From SAR86 cluster bacterium (GTDB lineage Bacteria; Pseudomonadota; Gammaproteobacteria; Magnimaribacterales; AG-339-G14), in the NCBI GenBank assembly GCA_028135785.1, contig JAOIHS010000004.1, positions 7,567-71,566 on the forward strand: a DNA stretch of 64,000 nucleotides, in the 5' to 3' direction. Of the stretch, positions 33,309-43,634 are shown piece after piece (positions within the stretch are counted from its first letter, which is position 1; the number at the start of each line of letters is the position of its first letter). Below the pieces are notes generated by a model. The model saw nothing but the letters and a program-made list of their open reading frames with translations. It was not told where the DNA came from and searched no databases. The position numbers and the translations under genes are program-made.

Positions 33309-33331
33309 TGCTGTTAATCTATATTTAAATA
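33309..33331. promoter_or_regulatory. Putative bidirectional promoter with overlapping -10 elements, leaderless on both strands
   Basis: TATATT-6nt-ATG on plus and TAGATT-7nt-ATG on minus within a 23-nt gap; no SD. Confidence 0.4.
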
Positions 33332-33940
33332 ATGGCGTCATTAAACACTGTTAAGGGTTTCCTTGACAATTCTGAAGCAAAAAAACTTGCTGATCTAATC
33401 AATCAAACTGCTAGTTTAGGTCCTGGACTTGAGATCGGAAGTTATTGCGGAAAGTCTGCATTAATATTTGGAGAGGCATGCAAAAAAAATAATTCTGTTT
33501 TTTTCACTGTTGATCATCACACTGGCTCTGAAGAACATCAGGTTGGAGAAGAATATCATGATCCGGATTTATACGATCCAAGATTAAAAAAATTTAATAC
33601 TCTTCCTGAATTATTGAAGAATATAAATAAATCTCCTTTTCAAAATAATATTATTCCTATAGTTGGCGACTCAGCTAGAATTGCAGAAAAATGGAAAACT
33701 CCTTTAGGACTGCTATTTATAGATGGAGGTCATAGTATGGAAGCTGCTTTAAATGACTATCATGGATGGAATGAATTCATTTTGCCTGGAGGCCTGTTAG
33801 CGATTCACGATGTATTTCCTGATCCAAAGGATGGAGGAAGACCGCCTTATGAAATCTATTGTCTCGCCAAAAAATCAGGCAATTATGTAGAAATAGAAAT
33901 GGTTCAATCTTTAGCTATTCTAAAAAAAGTTATTCGTTGA
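33332..33940 (+). CDS. Class I SAM-dependent methyltransferase (Methyltransf_24-like)
   Basis: LEIGSYCGKS, VDHHTGSEEHQ, LFIDGGH, IHDVF. Confidence 0.85.
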   Translation: MASLNTVKGFLDNSEAKKLADLINQTASLGPGLEIGSYCGKSALIFGEACKKNNSVFFTVDHHTGSEEHQVGEEYHDPDLYDPRLKKFNTLPELLKNINKSPFQNNIIPIVGDSARIAEKWKTPLGLLFIDGGHSMEAALNDYHGWNEFILPGGLLAIHDVFPDPKDGGRPPYEIYCLAKKSGNYVEIEMVQSLAILKKVIR

Positions 33941-34931
33941 ATAAATTAGAGGATTCTGAAAAATTATAAAGAGCATTCGCAGCTAAAATTACGGCTGCAG
34001 CAGTCCAACTTGGTTTTTCAATTGGCCAATATTTCTTATCTGTAAAAACATATCCAGTCCAAAATAATTGGCTTTCTGGATCAGCTAAATTCAATACATT
34101 TGTAAAAATTTTCTCTGCTTTTTCTATCTCCGATATTTTAACTAAAGTTAAAATAAGTTCACAAGACTCTGCTGCAGTTACCCATGGTTCTTCCGAAACG
34201 CATTTACAACCCAAGTCTTTAATTACAAACTCGTCCCATCTAGAATTTATTCTTTCTTTCGCGTCTTCTCCAGAAATAATTCCACAAAGAACGGGGTAAT
34301 ACCAATCCATGCTATATCTATCTTTACTTTTCCAAAATCTATCAAATCTTTGAGGCTTGCTTTTAATGGCTTCGTACAAAAGACTTGTTTCTTTTTCATA
34401 GATATCTTTAGAAAAACCAAGTTTATTTGATATTTCTTGAAAACATCGCATGCTTTTATAAATCGATGAACATCCAGTTATTAGAGAATCATTCATCCAT
34501 TCATCATTTTCATCTTTAGCCCAAAGAATATCTCCTTCTTCGGATTGTCCTGAAATTACAAATTCCATAGCTTTTACTATTGTTGGCCACATAAATTTTA
34601 AAAATTCCTCATCTTTAAAGTTTAGATAATGATGCCATGCACCAGTTGCTATATAAGCTGCAAAATTAGTCTCTTTTCTTGGGTTTATTATTTCCTTTCC
34701 TAGATATTCTGAGCACCAAGATCCATCTTTTTCTTGAGAATTTAATAACCATTCATAAGCTTTCCTAGACTCTTTTTGATAACCTAAAATATCTAAGCCC
34801 ATCGCTGACTCGATATGATCCCAAGGATCGATTTTACTATTAGGTTCCCATGCAATGACTCCACTTTCCTGCTGGCAAGAAACTATGTATTTGGCTAAGT
34901 AATCGTATGATTCAATGGATTTTTTTTGCAT
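33930..34931 (-). CDS. Prenyltransferase/squalene-cyclase-repeat ((alpha/alpha)6 barrel) protein
   Basis: QEKDGSW QW-like repeat, DPWDHIESAM, SMDWYYPVL, PWVTAAE; alternative start TTG 34952. Confidence 0.7.
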   Translation of the reverse strand: MQKKSIESYDYLAKYIVSCQQESGVIAWEPNSKIDPWDHIESAMGLDILGYQKESRKAYEWLLNSQEKDGSWCSEYLGKEIINPRKETNFAAYIATGAWHHYLNFKDEEFLKFMWPTIVKAMEFVISGQSEEGDILWAKDENDEWMNDSLITGCSSIYKSMRCFQEISNKLGFSKDIYEKETSLLYEAIKSKPQRFDRFWKSKDRYSMDWYYPVLCGIISGEDAKERINSRWDEFVIKDLGCKCVSEEPWVTAAESCELILTLVKISEIEKAEKIFTNVLNLADPESQLFWTGYVFTDKKYWPIEKPSWTAAAVILAANALYNFSESSNLFNE

Positions 34932-34932
34932 T

Positions 34933-35643
34933 TTATTGATCAGCCTTATCAAAATAAAGTACCACGCTTTTACCTATTAGAGGCTGAAGCAAGAACTCTA
35001 AAATTTTAGTTAAGACTGGTTTTTTCATCATATCCCAGACTAAAAACCTATGATAAAGATCTATAATTTTTGAATTATCTTTTGAGTCCCACATCAAGCA
35101 TTGAAGCCACCAGTATGGAGAATGAAGAGCGTGCGCCCAATGACGCTTATTAAATTTGAGCCCCAATGAAAGAATTGCATCTTTTAAATCCTTGAATTTA
35201 AAAATCCTTACATGTCCTCCAGGAGTATTTTGATAATCTACACTCAATTTCCAACAAATCCATTCAGGAAAATACTTTGGAACACTAACTGCCATTTTGC
35301 CACCAGGTTTAAGGACTCTTTCTATTTCGTGGAGAGCGCTTTTAAAATCTATTATGTGTTCAAGCACCTCAGAACATATTACATAATCAAAAGTTCCATC
35401 TGCAAAAGGAAGCCTTGTTGCGTCAGCAACACCAAATTTACAAAGTTTTGAGTTATTATTTTCATTAAATTCAATGAAATTATTTTCAGCTATTTTTACA
35501 TCTGATAGGCTCATATCAAAACCATACACGTCTATACTTGCAGACATATAAGCACCAAAACAGTGACGCCCTTGTCCACACCCAAGATCTAAAAATTTTT
35601 TATTGGATTCGAATTTAAAATTATCAAAGTTTATAGTTTGCAT
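34933..35643 (-). CDS. Class I SAM-dependent methyltransferase
   Basis: LDLGCGQGRH, DATRLPF, SEVLEH, HALHSPYWWL. Confidence 0.88.
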   Translation of the reverse strand: MQTINFDNFKFESNKKFLDLGCGQGRHCFGAYMSASIDVYGFDMSLSDVKIAENNFIEFNENNNSKLCKFGVADATRLPFADGTFDYVICSEVLEHIIDFKSALHEIERVLKPGGKMAVSVPKYFPEWICWKLSVDYQNTPGGHVRIFKFKDLKDAILSLGLKFNKRHWAHALHSPYWWLQCLMWDSKDNSKIIDLYHRFLVWDMMKKPVLTKILEFLLQPLIGKSVVLYFDKADQ

Positions 35644-36882
35644 CTAGTTTTCCCATTTTTCGATTTCTGCTTCATACATTTCAGTCGCTCTTAAAGCAAC
35701 TTCACTCCATTGCAAATCCTTACGGATTCTTTGAAAACCTTTCTCAGCTAATATTTTTTTTAATTCTTCATTAGGCAGAAGCTCCAAGATAGCCTTTTCT
35801 AATTCTTTTGACTTACCTGGTTCAACTATAATGCCACAATCTTTTATAACTTCGGGAATAGCTCCTCCAGAAGTAGTTATGACTGGCACCTTACACGCCA
35901 TTGCTTCTCCCACAGCAAATCCAAAACCTTCATATAGTGAAGGGATTACAACTATATCCGCTGAACAGTATAAATCTCTCACCTCCTTAAAAGATAAGTT
36001 TTTATTGAAAGTAATATCACTTTCTATGCCTAATCTTTTAATCAATCTTTTTGTGTGACCGCCTTTTTTAGATCCACCAATAATATGAAGGGATGCGTTA
36101 CTGTGAATACCTTTAACTGAGGCAAATGCCTTAAGCAGAAAATCTAAACCCTTTAAAGGAACATCAGCACTTGCAGTAGTTACAATCCTTAAGGGAACTT
36201 TTTTAACAGTCTCATCTGGATAATAAGCTTCTGTATCTATTCCGTTTAAAATTACGTTCATCACTGATTTTTTCAAACCAAAGTCATTATGAATATCTTC
36301 TTTGGATGACTCGGAAACAACTATTACCGATTTAAGTTTTTTAGCTACCTGAATCTGCATTTTTAAAAAGGAATGCCACCTAATCATTAATAACTTTAAA
36401 AACAAAGATTTTGTACTTTTTAGTTGAAATTTAAGATCTTTAGAAATTGGATGATGAATAGTAGCAACTAAAGGAATTCTCTTTTGAAAGAAAATTATTT
36501 CATAACATAAACTTTGATTGTCATGAATAACATCAAACTCATTTAACCTATTTTTTAATACTTTTTTTATTCTTTTACCAAAAGTATAAGGCTCAGAAAA
36601 ACCGCCTGAGTTGATGCTCAACCATTCAAAAAAATTTATTGGATTAAAAAGTTTTTTTAACTCCACGTCTTTAAATTTATTTTCTTTGGAATAAAGGTCT
36701 AAACTTGGAATCTTTTCAAATTTAATGCCTTCGTGTAAATCCGGATATGGCGGCCCCGAAAAAACTGTGACTTCGTGACCTAAATCCCTCAGGGCTTTAG
36801 TCATATATTTAACGTATATGCCTTGTCCGCCAGAAAAAGGATTACTGCGATAACTAAGAAAGGCTATTCTAAGTTTTCTCAT
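35644..36882 (-). CDS. Glycosyltransferase family 4 (GT-B)
   Basis: GGQGIY, HDNQ, KGL, PSLYEGFGFAVGEAMA. Confidence 0.9.
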   Translation of the reverse strand: MRKLRIAFLSYRSNPFSGGQGIYVKYMTKALRDLGHEVTVFSGPPYPDLHEGIKFEKIPSLDLYSKENKFKDVELKKLFNPINFFEWLSINSGGFSEPYTFGKRIKKVLKNRLNEFDVIHDNQSLCYEIIFFQKRIPLVATIHHPISKDLKFQLKSTKSLFLKLLMIRWHSFLKMQIQVAKKLKSVIVVSESSKEDIHNDFGLKKSVMNVILNGIDTEAYYPDETVKKVPLRIVTTASADVPLKGLDFLLKAFASVKGIHSNASLHIIGGSKKGGHTKRLIKRLGIESDITFNKNLSFKEVRDLYCSADIVVIPSLYEGFGFAVGEAMACKVPVITTSGGAIPEVIKDCGIIVEPGKSKELEKAILELLPNEELKKILAEKGFQRIRKDLQWSEVALRATEMYEAEIEKWEN

Positions 36883-36897
36883 GCTACGGGTTTTTAA

Positions 36898-37821
36898 TTA
36901 ATCTATTGAAGAAAGCCACTCAGGAAATGAATCTCTTATGCCTCTGACTTGATCAAAGTAATTTTTTTGAAGAATTGTTGTTATTTCGCCTCTTTTTCCG
37001 CCAGAAATTAGTTTTTTATCTACGCTTCTTATTGGTACTACTTCAGCAGCGGTGCCTGTAAAAAACAATTCATCTGCTTCCAGAACGTCGTTTGCCTTAA
37101 TTTTTTTTATTTGCACTTCGATGTTGAGTTCTTGAGCCAAGCTTATGATACTTTTTCTAGTAATGCCGTCTAAGGATGCATCAAGATCTGGAGTAACAAG
37201 AATGTTATTTTTTACAATAAAGAAATTCTCTCCAGTACCTTCTGAAATATTATTTTCATCATCTAGCATAAGCGCTTCATCAAAACCCTCTTTCATAGCT
37301 TCTTGCAAAGCCATAATAGATTTTACGTAATTTCCATTTACCTTTGAACGAGAAACTATATTTCCTGTTTCCCTTTTATAGGAAGAAATCTTTATATCAA
37401 TTCCATTATCAAATGCTTCTGGCGACATATAACTTGGCCATTCCCATGCAGCGACAATACAATGCACTTTTAAATTATCAGCTCTTAATCCCATTCCCTC
37501 AGACCCATAAAAACACATAGGTCTTAGATAACCCTCATCCAACTTATTTACTCTAAAGACTTCTTTTTGAGCTTTATTTAGCTCCTCTTTGGTATAAGGA
37601 ATTTCAATGTTAACTGCTCTAGCAGATTCAAATAATCTTTCTGTGTGATCTTCTAATCTAAATATCTTTGTTCCGTTTTCTGTCGCATATGCTCTGACCC
37701 CTTCGAAGACTCCCAAGCCATAATGTAAAGTGTGGGTTAAAACATGTACTTTTGCCTCGGACCAGTCAACTAAATGACCGTCCATCCAAATAAATCCTTC
37801 CCTATTTGCTAAAGTGTTCAT
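36898..37821 (-). CDS. ilvE: Branched-chain amino acid aminotransferase
   Basis: LHYGLGVFEG, EGTGEN, GITR, GTAAEV. Confidence 0.96.
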   Translation of the reverse strand: MNTLANREGFIWMDGHLVDWSEAKVHVLTHTLHYGLGVFEGVRAYATENGTKIFRLEDHTERLFESARAVNIEIPYTKEELNKAQKEVFRVNKLDEGYLRPMCFYGSEGMGLRADNLKVHCIVAAWEWPSYMSPEAFDNGIDIKISSYKRETGNIVSRSKVNGNYVKSIMALQEAMKEGFDEALMLDDENNISEGTGENFFIVKNNILVTPDLDASLDGITRKSIISLAQELNIEVQIKKIKANDVLEADELFFTGTAAEVVPIRSVDKKLISGGKRGEITTILQKNYFDQVRGIRDSFPEWLSSID

Positions 37822-37861
37822 ATTTATTAAAAAAGTAACATTATAAGCGGGACAAATTTAT

Positions 37862-39238
37862 ATGAAAGTTAATTCTGAAATTTTTAGAGCATACGACATC
37901 AGAGGAGTGGTCGAAGAAGAACTGTCAGAAGAATTAGTTAAAAATCTAGGTAAAGCAATAGGAACATCTCTTCTTCGCCAAGGCAGAAAAGAAATTTGTG
38001 TTTGCAGAGATGGAAGGCTTTCTGGTCCAAAAATAATTGATATCCTAATGAGTGGAATTATTTCTACAGGTTGTAATGCCATTGACATAGGAATGGCTCC
38101 TACTCCGCTTTTATACTTTGCAACCTTCACAAGTGAAGTGGTCGATGGAGTAATGATTACAGGAAGTCATAATCCCAAAAATTATAACGGGTTCAAAATT
38201 GTATTTAATCAAAAATCTTTAACCAGCGATTCGATACAAACATTAAAAAGAATAATCATTAGTGAAGATTATGAAATTGGTTTTGGTGAAATAAAGAATC
38301 TATCGGTTACTAATGATTATATTAAAAATCTTAAAGAAAAAATAAAGATAGAGCGTCCTCTAAAAGTTGTTCTGGATTGTGGAAATGGTGTTGGAGGAGT
38401 TATTGCTCCAGAATCATTTAAAGCCTTGGGAATAGAGTTAATAGAAATTTTTTGCGAGGTAGATGGTAATTTTCCAAATCATCATCCCGACCCAGGGAAC
38501 CCAAAAAATATGATTGATTTAAGTAAAGCTGTTACAGAAAAATCTGCTGATCTCGGGATCGCATTAGATGGAGACGGAGATAGACTTGGAGTTGTAGATA
38601 ATTTAGGAAAAATAATTTATCCAGATCAATATCTGTCTCTAATTTCAGAGAATATTCTAAAAGAGAATAAAAACAGAAAAATAGTATTCGATGTCAAGTG
38701 CTCTACTCAACTTAAAAAAGCTATAGAAAAAAATGGGGGAATTCCAGTAATGTCTAGAACAGGGCATTCTTATATAAAAGCAGAAATACTTAATTCAGAT
38801 GCTATTTTAGGCGGAGAAATGAGCGGACATATTTTTTTCAATGACAATTGGTTTGGCTTTGATGATGGAATTTTTTCGGCACTAAGGCTTATTGAGATAT
38901 TAGCAAAAGAAAAAAATTCTTCTTCTGATATTTTTAGTAGATACCCTCAATTGTACAATACGCCTGAATTGTCTATTAAAACCACTGATAAAGAAAAATT
39001 TAAAATCATCGAAAGGTTAAAAAGTGATTTTCAATTCGTTGGGTACGAAAGAATCCTTATTGATGGATTGAGACTTGAAAATAATTTAGCATGGGGCCTC
39101 GCTAGAGCATCTAATACGACCCCAACTATAGTCTTAAGATTTGAAGGGAGGACGGAAGAATCGCTAAATGAAATAATTCAAATTTTTCAAAAAGCTTTAT
39201 TTGATATTGATAAAAAGCTTATTATTGATATGAGTTGA
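37862..39238 (+). CDS. algC: Phosphomannomutase/phosphoglucomutase
   Basis: FRAYDIRG, TGSHNP, DGDGDR, GEMSGH; precedes argB. Confidence 0.93.
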   Translation: MKVNSEIFRAYDIRGVVEEELSEELVKNLGKAIGTSLLRQGRKEICVCRDGRLSGPKIIDILMSGIISTGCNAIDIGMAPTPLLYFATFTSEVVDGVMITGSHNPKNYNGFKIVFNQKSLTSDSIQTLKRIIISEDYEIGFGEIKNLSVTNDYIKNLKEKIKIERPLKVVLDCGNGVGGVIAPESFKALGIELIEIFCEVDGNFPNHHPDPGNPKNMIDLSKAVTEKSADLGIALDGDGDRLGVVDNLGKIIYPDQYLSLISENILKENKNRKIVFDVKCSTQLKKAIEKNGGIPVMSRTGHSYIKAEILNSDAILGGEMSGHIFFNDNWFGFDDGIFSALRLIEILAKEKNSSSDIFSRYPQLYNTPELSIKTTDKEKFKIIERLKSDFQFVGYERILIDGLRLENNLAWGLARASNTTPTIVLRFEGRTEESLNEIIQIFQKALFDIDKKLIIDMS

Positions 39239-39243
39239 TAATT

Positions 39244-40104
39244 ATGAGTATTGCAAAAAAAAGTGCTGAGAATATATCCAAAGTTTTAATCGAAGCTTTG
39301 CCTTATATACAGAAGTTTTCTGGAAAAACTATTGTTATAAAATATGGTGGAAGCGCAATGAGTGATGCTTACTTGAGAAAAAGCTTTGCGCGAGATATTG
39401 TTTTAATGAAGACAGTTGGCATAAATCCAATCATTGTTCATGGTGGAGGTCCTCAAATTCAAAAAGGGTTAAAAAAAGCCAAGATAGAATCTGAATTTAT
39501 AAATGGAGTAAGAGTTACATCTCCTGAAATTATTAATACCGTTCAAAAGGTCTTAGATACTCAAGTAAATAAAGAGATTGAAGAATTGATAAATTCTTGG
39601 GGAGGCAATGCTCAAGCCTTATCAGGGAAAAGATTGGCTTTTATAAAAGCTCAAAAAAATCCCAAACAAAAAAGACTTGGCGAGGTGGGAGAAATTTTAT
39701 CTGTACAAAAACAACTTATTTTTAATGCCTCTAATAAAAAAATTCCTGTCATATCGCCTATAGGTTGGGACAAAAAAGGAAACCCCTTAAATATTAATGC
39801 CGATTATGTGGCATGCTTTGTGGCAGGAGCTCTTAAAGCTGAAAAAATTATTTTAATGACTGATGTTTCAGGAATAAAGGACTCTCAAGGAAAAAAAATA
39901 TCTGAAATGAATCTATCGAACGCGAAAAAAATATTCAAGGATAAGAAATCGATCAAAGGTGGAATGCTCCCAAAACTTAGCTCTGTAATATCTTCTTTAG
40001 AAAAAGGAGTTTCATTTGCTCACGTTGTAGATGGAAGAGTACCGCATGCTGTTTTACTCGAAATACTCACTAACAAAGGTGTCGGTACCTTAATATCTAG
40101 ATAA
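39244..40104 (+). CDS. argB: Acetylglutamate kinase
   Basis: IKYGG, VHGGGPQI, NINAD, GGMLPK. Confidence 0.96.
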   Translation: MSIAKKSAENISKVLIEALPYIQKFSGKTIVIKYGGSAMSDAYLRKSFARDIVLMKTVGINPIIVHGGGPQIQKGLKKAKIESEFINGVRVTSPEIINTVQKVLDTQVNKEIEELINSWGGNAQALSGKRLAFIKAQKNPKQKRLGEVGEILSVQKQLIFNASNKKIPVISPIGWDKKGNPLNINADYVACFVAGALKAEKIILMTDVSGIKDSQGKKISEMNLSNAKKIFKDKKSIKGGMLPKLSSVISSLEKGVSFAHVVDGRVPHAVLLEILTNKGVGTLISR

Positions 40105-40689
40105 ATGTCTAAAGATCCTGCTCCAAGAAAAATTCAAATTATGCAAACTTTAGCTTCCATGCTGGAAGAGAGAGAACCGGTAAAAATTACTACTGCTGAA
40201 CTAGCAAAAAGAACTAATATTACTGAAGCTGCAATATACAGACACTTTCCAAGCAAGAGAAAAATATACGAAGAGTTAGTTATTTTTTTTGAAGATAGTA
40301 TTTTTCCGAGGATAAGCTCAATAAAAAAAGATTCAAATGTTGATGATGTTGCAGGCAATATAGTTACTCTTGTTTTAACTTTTTGTGAAAAAAATAAAGG
40401 CATCTCAAAAATTCTTAATAGAGAAGCGCTTTCTGTGAACGAAAGCAAAATAGAAGATAAAGTTTCACTGTTGTTTGATAAAATTAATTTAGAAATAAAA
40501 CAATCTTTTCAAAACTATGAAAAGGAAACAAAAGGCAGACTTTCTTTAAGCTCTTCCTCAGCTTCAGATTTAATTGTTTCTTGTATGGAGGGACAAATAC
40601 AGATGTTTGTTCGCAGCAAGTTCAAGAGAGATGTAATTCAAAGTTGGACTGAACATTGGAAAGTTTTAAAAAAGACTATTTTTATATAA
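40105..40689 (+). CDS. slmA: Nucleoid occlusion factor SlmA (TetR family)
   Basis: ITTAELA...EAAIYRHFPSK; argB-slmA synteny. Confidence 0.88.
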   Translation: MSKDPAPRKIQIMQTLASMLEEREPVKITTAELAKRTNITEAAIYRHFPSKRKIYEELVIFFEDSIFPRISSIKKDSNVDDVAGNIVTLVLTFCEKNKGISKILNREALSVNESKIEDKVSLLFDKINLEIKQSFQNYEKETKGRLSLSSSSASDLIVSCMEGQIQMFVRSKFKRDVIQSWTEHWKVLKKTIFI

Positions 40690-40694
40690 AAATA

Positions 40695-43079
40695 TTAATC
40701 TAGAAAAAATTCAAACATCGTTTCTTTATCATCGCTTTTTGCAACCTGACCATCACTGAGATTAATTTTTTTTGCTATCAATCCAGCCGGTCTTTTTTGA
40801 ATGCCATAATCCACAGAGTCGATTATACGTTCCATATAATCCAGCCATATGGGAAGAGCAGTAGTGCTTCCAAATTCATTTCTGCCTAACGAGCTAGGTT
40901 GATCATAACCAAACCAGACAGTCGTAAGAATATTTTTATTAAAGCCTGTAAACCATGTACTTTCCGCATCATTCGTTGTTCCTGTCTTTCCAGCAAAATC
41001 ATCTCTATTTAATGATTTAATTTTCCTTCCTGTTCCTCTGGATGTGGCTTCTCTCAAGATATCATTAATCATGTAAGCGACTCTTGGATCTATGGCATAG
41101 TTAATTTTTCTAGCAATTTTTTCCCCAACCCAGCTTTGAATAAAATTATTATTTAAACTATTATTTTTAGAAAAATCTGCTTCCTGCCCATTAACTTTAA
41201 TTTTTTTAATAAAACTAGGTTTGATACTAATGCCCCCATTTGCAAATACAGAAAAATATGAGGCATTATCTATTGGGCTGAGTCCATAAGAACCCAAAGC
41301 GAGTGATAAGTCATTTGGAAGAGAATTTCTATCAAATCCAAATCTTGTAAGATAGTTTTTTGTTTTTGCAAGCCCCAAGTCTTTTAAAAGTCTTATCGAA
41401 ACGACATTTCTTGATTGCAATAAAGCTTCTCTTAATCGAGTTGGACCATAAAACCTTCCGCTTGAATTTTTAGGTCGCCAATAATCTTCAAGGTTTTCGT
41501 CTTCAAAAACTATCGGAGCATCGTTAATAAGAGATGCTGGAGAATAATTATTTTCAAATGCTGCAGCATATAAAAATGGTTTAAAGTTTGATCCAAGTTG
41601 AGGTTTTGCCTGAGTAGCTCTATTAAACTTGCTGGCATTGAAATTATATCCTCCAACCATAGAAAATATCTCTCCCGTCTCTGGATTTAGACTAACTAAT
41701 GCCCCTTGAACATCTGGGTGCATTCCAAATTCATAGAAATTATTAGATAAAGTTTTTAACCAAATAAGGTCGCCTGTTTCAAAAAAAGAATTAAAGTCTA
41801 TTAAAGCTGCCTTCTTTTTATTTGAATTTATCTTGGGTCTAATTTTATTTTTAACTCTATTAAAGTTAATAGTAGTTATAACTCCATCTTTTTTTATCAA
41901 ACTTAATTTCTGTGACTCGACAGAAAGAATTAAAACTGGCAAGAATTCATTGTAATTTGGCCTATCAGATAAAAAATCTAAAACTTCATCTAAAGGGTTT
42001 TTGAGATCTTTTTTAATTCCATATACGTCTTTAAAATTTTCTTGATCATAATTAATTGCGTAATAAAGATCGCTTCTTTGAATATACTCTTTTGGTAATA
42101 AATCTAAATAATTAGATGGATTTTTAAAACCATGTCTTTTTTCATAACTTTCTATTCCTTTTTTTAAAGCAGCATTAGCTGCGAGCTGATTTTTTGAATT
42201 TATAGTTGAGTAGACTTCATATCCTTCTTTATAAGCTGACAAACCATATATAGAAATCATATATCTTCTAATTTCTTCAGCCAGATAGTCTGCTTCTACC
42301 TCGGGAGAAACTCCTTTAAAAGATGCAGAGATTGGCTCTGTAACAGCTTTTTGAAAGGATCTTTCATCTATATAATCCAAAATTTCCATTCTTGATAAAA
42401 CCCAATTACGCCTTATGAGAGATCTTTGAGGATTTGCTAAAGGATTAATCCTTGATGGTGCTTTAGGCAAACTAGCAATCATTGCTTTCTGAGCCAGACT
42501 TAAATCACTAAGTTTTTTTCCATAATAAATTTCTGCGGCTGCAGCAATTCCATAAGCTCGATTTCCTAAGAATATTTGATTTACATATAATTCAAATATC
42601 TCTTCTTTTGAAAAAGATAAATTTAATTTCAAAGCCATGAATATTTCTTTAAATTTTCTTTCAAAGGTTTGATCTTTAGTTAAAACATAATTTCTAACAA
42701 CCTGCATAGTAATTGTTCCGCCCCCACTTACTATTTCTCCTTCTTTGATTAATTCGAAAGTCGCTCTTAGCAAACTTAAAAAGTCGACTCCAGAATTAGA
42801 AAAAAAACTACTATCTTCAGCAGCAAGAAAAGCATTTACTAGATCCTCAGGTATTTCATCAAAGTTTAATTTAGTTCTGTGAACCTCTCCGTACTCACCA
42901 ATTAACTTTTCATCAATGGTAAATATCTTTAATGGCACTTGAAGCTCAACTTTTCGTACGTCATCTGCTGAAGGCAGATCAGGTGCAAAATACAAATAAA
43001 CACCCATTGCAAATTGAATAGGCACCAGAAGCAAAAAAGCTACCAAGAATAAAATTTTTTTATTTAAAAGTCTGTTCAC
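40695..43079 (-). CDS. mrcA: Penicillin-binding protein 1A
   Basis: AAED, TITMQV, RKFKE transglycosylase motifs; SNFK, SRN, KTGT transpeptidase motifs; divergent from aroK. Confidence 0.93.
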   Translation of the reverse strand: MNRLLNKKILFLVAFLLLVPIQFAMGVYLYFAPDLPSADDVRKVELQVPLKIFTIDEKLIGEYGEVHRTKLNFDEIPEDLVNAFLAAEDSSFFSNSGVDFLSLLRATFELIKEGEIVSGGGTITMQVVRNYVLTKDQTFERKFKEIFMALKLNLSFSKEEIFELYVNQIFLGNRAYGIAAAAEIYYGKKLSDLSLAQKAMIASLPKAPSRINPLANPQRSLIRRNWVLSRMEILDYIDERSFQKAVTEPISASFKGVSPEVEADYLAEEIRRYMISIYGLSAYKEGYEVYSTINSKNQLAANAALKKGIESYEKRHGFKNPSNYLDLLPKEYIQRSDLYYAINYDQENFKDVYGIKKDLKNPLDEVLDFLSDRPNYNEFLPVLILSVESQKLSLIKKDGVITTINFNRVKNKIRPKINSNKKKAALIDFNSFFETGDLIWLKTLSNNFYEFGMHPDVQGALVSLNPETGEIFSMVGGYNFNASKFNRATQAKPQLGSNFKPFLYAAAFENNYSPASLINDAPIVFEDENLEDYWRPKNSSGRFYGPTRLREALLQSRNVVSIRLLKDLGLAKTKNYLTRFGFDRNSLPNDLSLALGSYGLSPIDNASYFSVFANGGISIKPSFIKKIKVNGQEADFSKNNSLNNNFIQSWVGEKIARKINYAIDPRVAYMINDILREATSRGTGRKIKSLNRDDFAGKTGTTNDAESTWFTGFNKNILTTVWFGYDQPSSLGRNEFGSTTALPIWLDYMERIIDSVDYGIQKRPAGLIAKKINLSDGQVAKSDDKETMFEFFLD

Positions 43080-43130
43080 AAGTCGTTTAAAGTAAAATAG
43101 TAGCTTAATTTTAATAAAAGAAATATTTTT

Positions 43131-43634
43131 ATGAGAATTTTCTTAATAGGCCCCATGGGCTCTGGCAAATCTAAGATAGGTAAACTCCTTGCTGAGAAGC
43201 TCAATCTTAACCTAATTGATACGGACAAAGATATTGAAACTAAATATAAAAAAAAGATAGTAGAGATTTTTGAAACTGAAGGAGAAAAAGAATTTAGAAA
43301 AAAAGAAAGTGATTTTTTTTCAAGCTTAAACAACCTAACAAATACAATAATATCAACCGGTGGTGGAATAGTTGAGGGCTCTTCTAATTTGAAAATCTTA
43401 AAAAAGGAAAATTTAGTGATCTTTTTAAATGCTTCCACAGAAAAACAATATCAATCTACAAAAGATAGTAGCAAAAGACCTCTATTGAATAACACAGACT
43501 CTAGAAAAGTATTAGAGCGTCTATACTCTAAAAGACTGGATTTATATCAAATGGTTGCCAAACTAGAACTTAATGCGGATAACCTGTCTAATGAAGAGAT
43601 GGTAGAAAAAATAATAAATTTTATAAATGTCTAA
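43131..43634 (+). CDS. aroK: Shikimate kinase
   Basis: GPMGSGKS, GEKEFR, STGGG, RPLL. Confidence 0.95.
   Translation: MRIFLIGPMGSGKSKIGKLLAEKLNLNLIDTDKDIETKYKKKIVEIFETEGEKEFRKKESDFFSSLNNLTNTIISTGGGIVEGSSNLKILKKENLVIFLNASTEKQYQSTKDSSKRPLLNNTDSRKVLERLYSKRLDLYQMVAKLELNADNLSNEEMVEKIINFINV

Noticed and set aside
33930-34952. Squalene-hopene cyclase call
   Set aside because: About half the expected length and no DXDD motif
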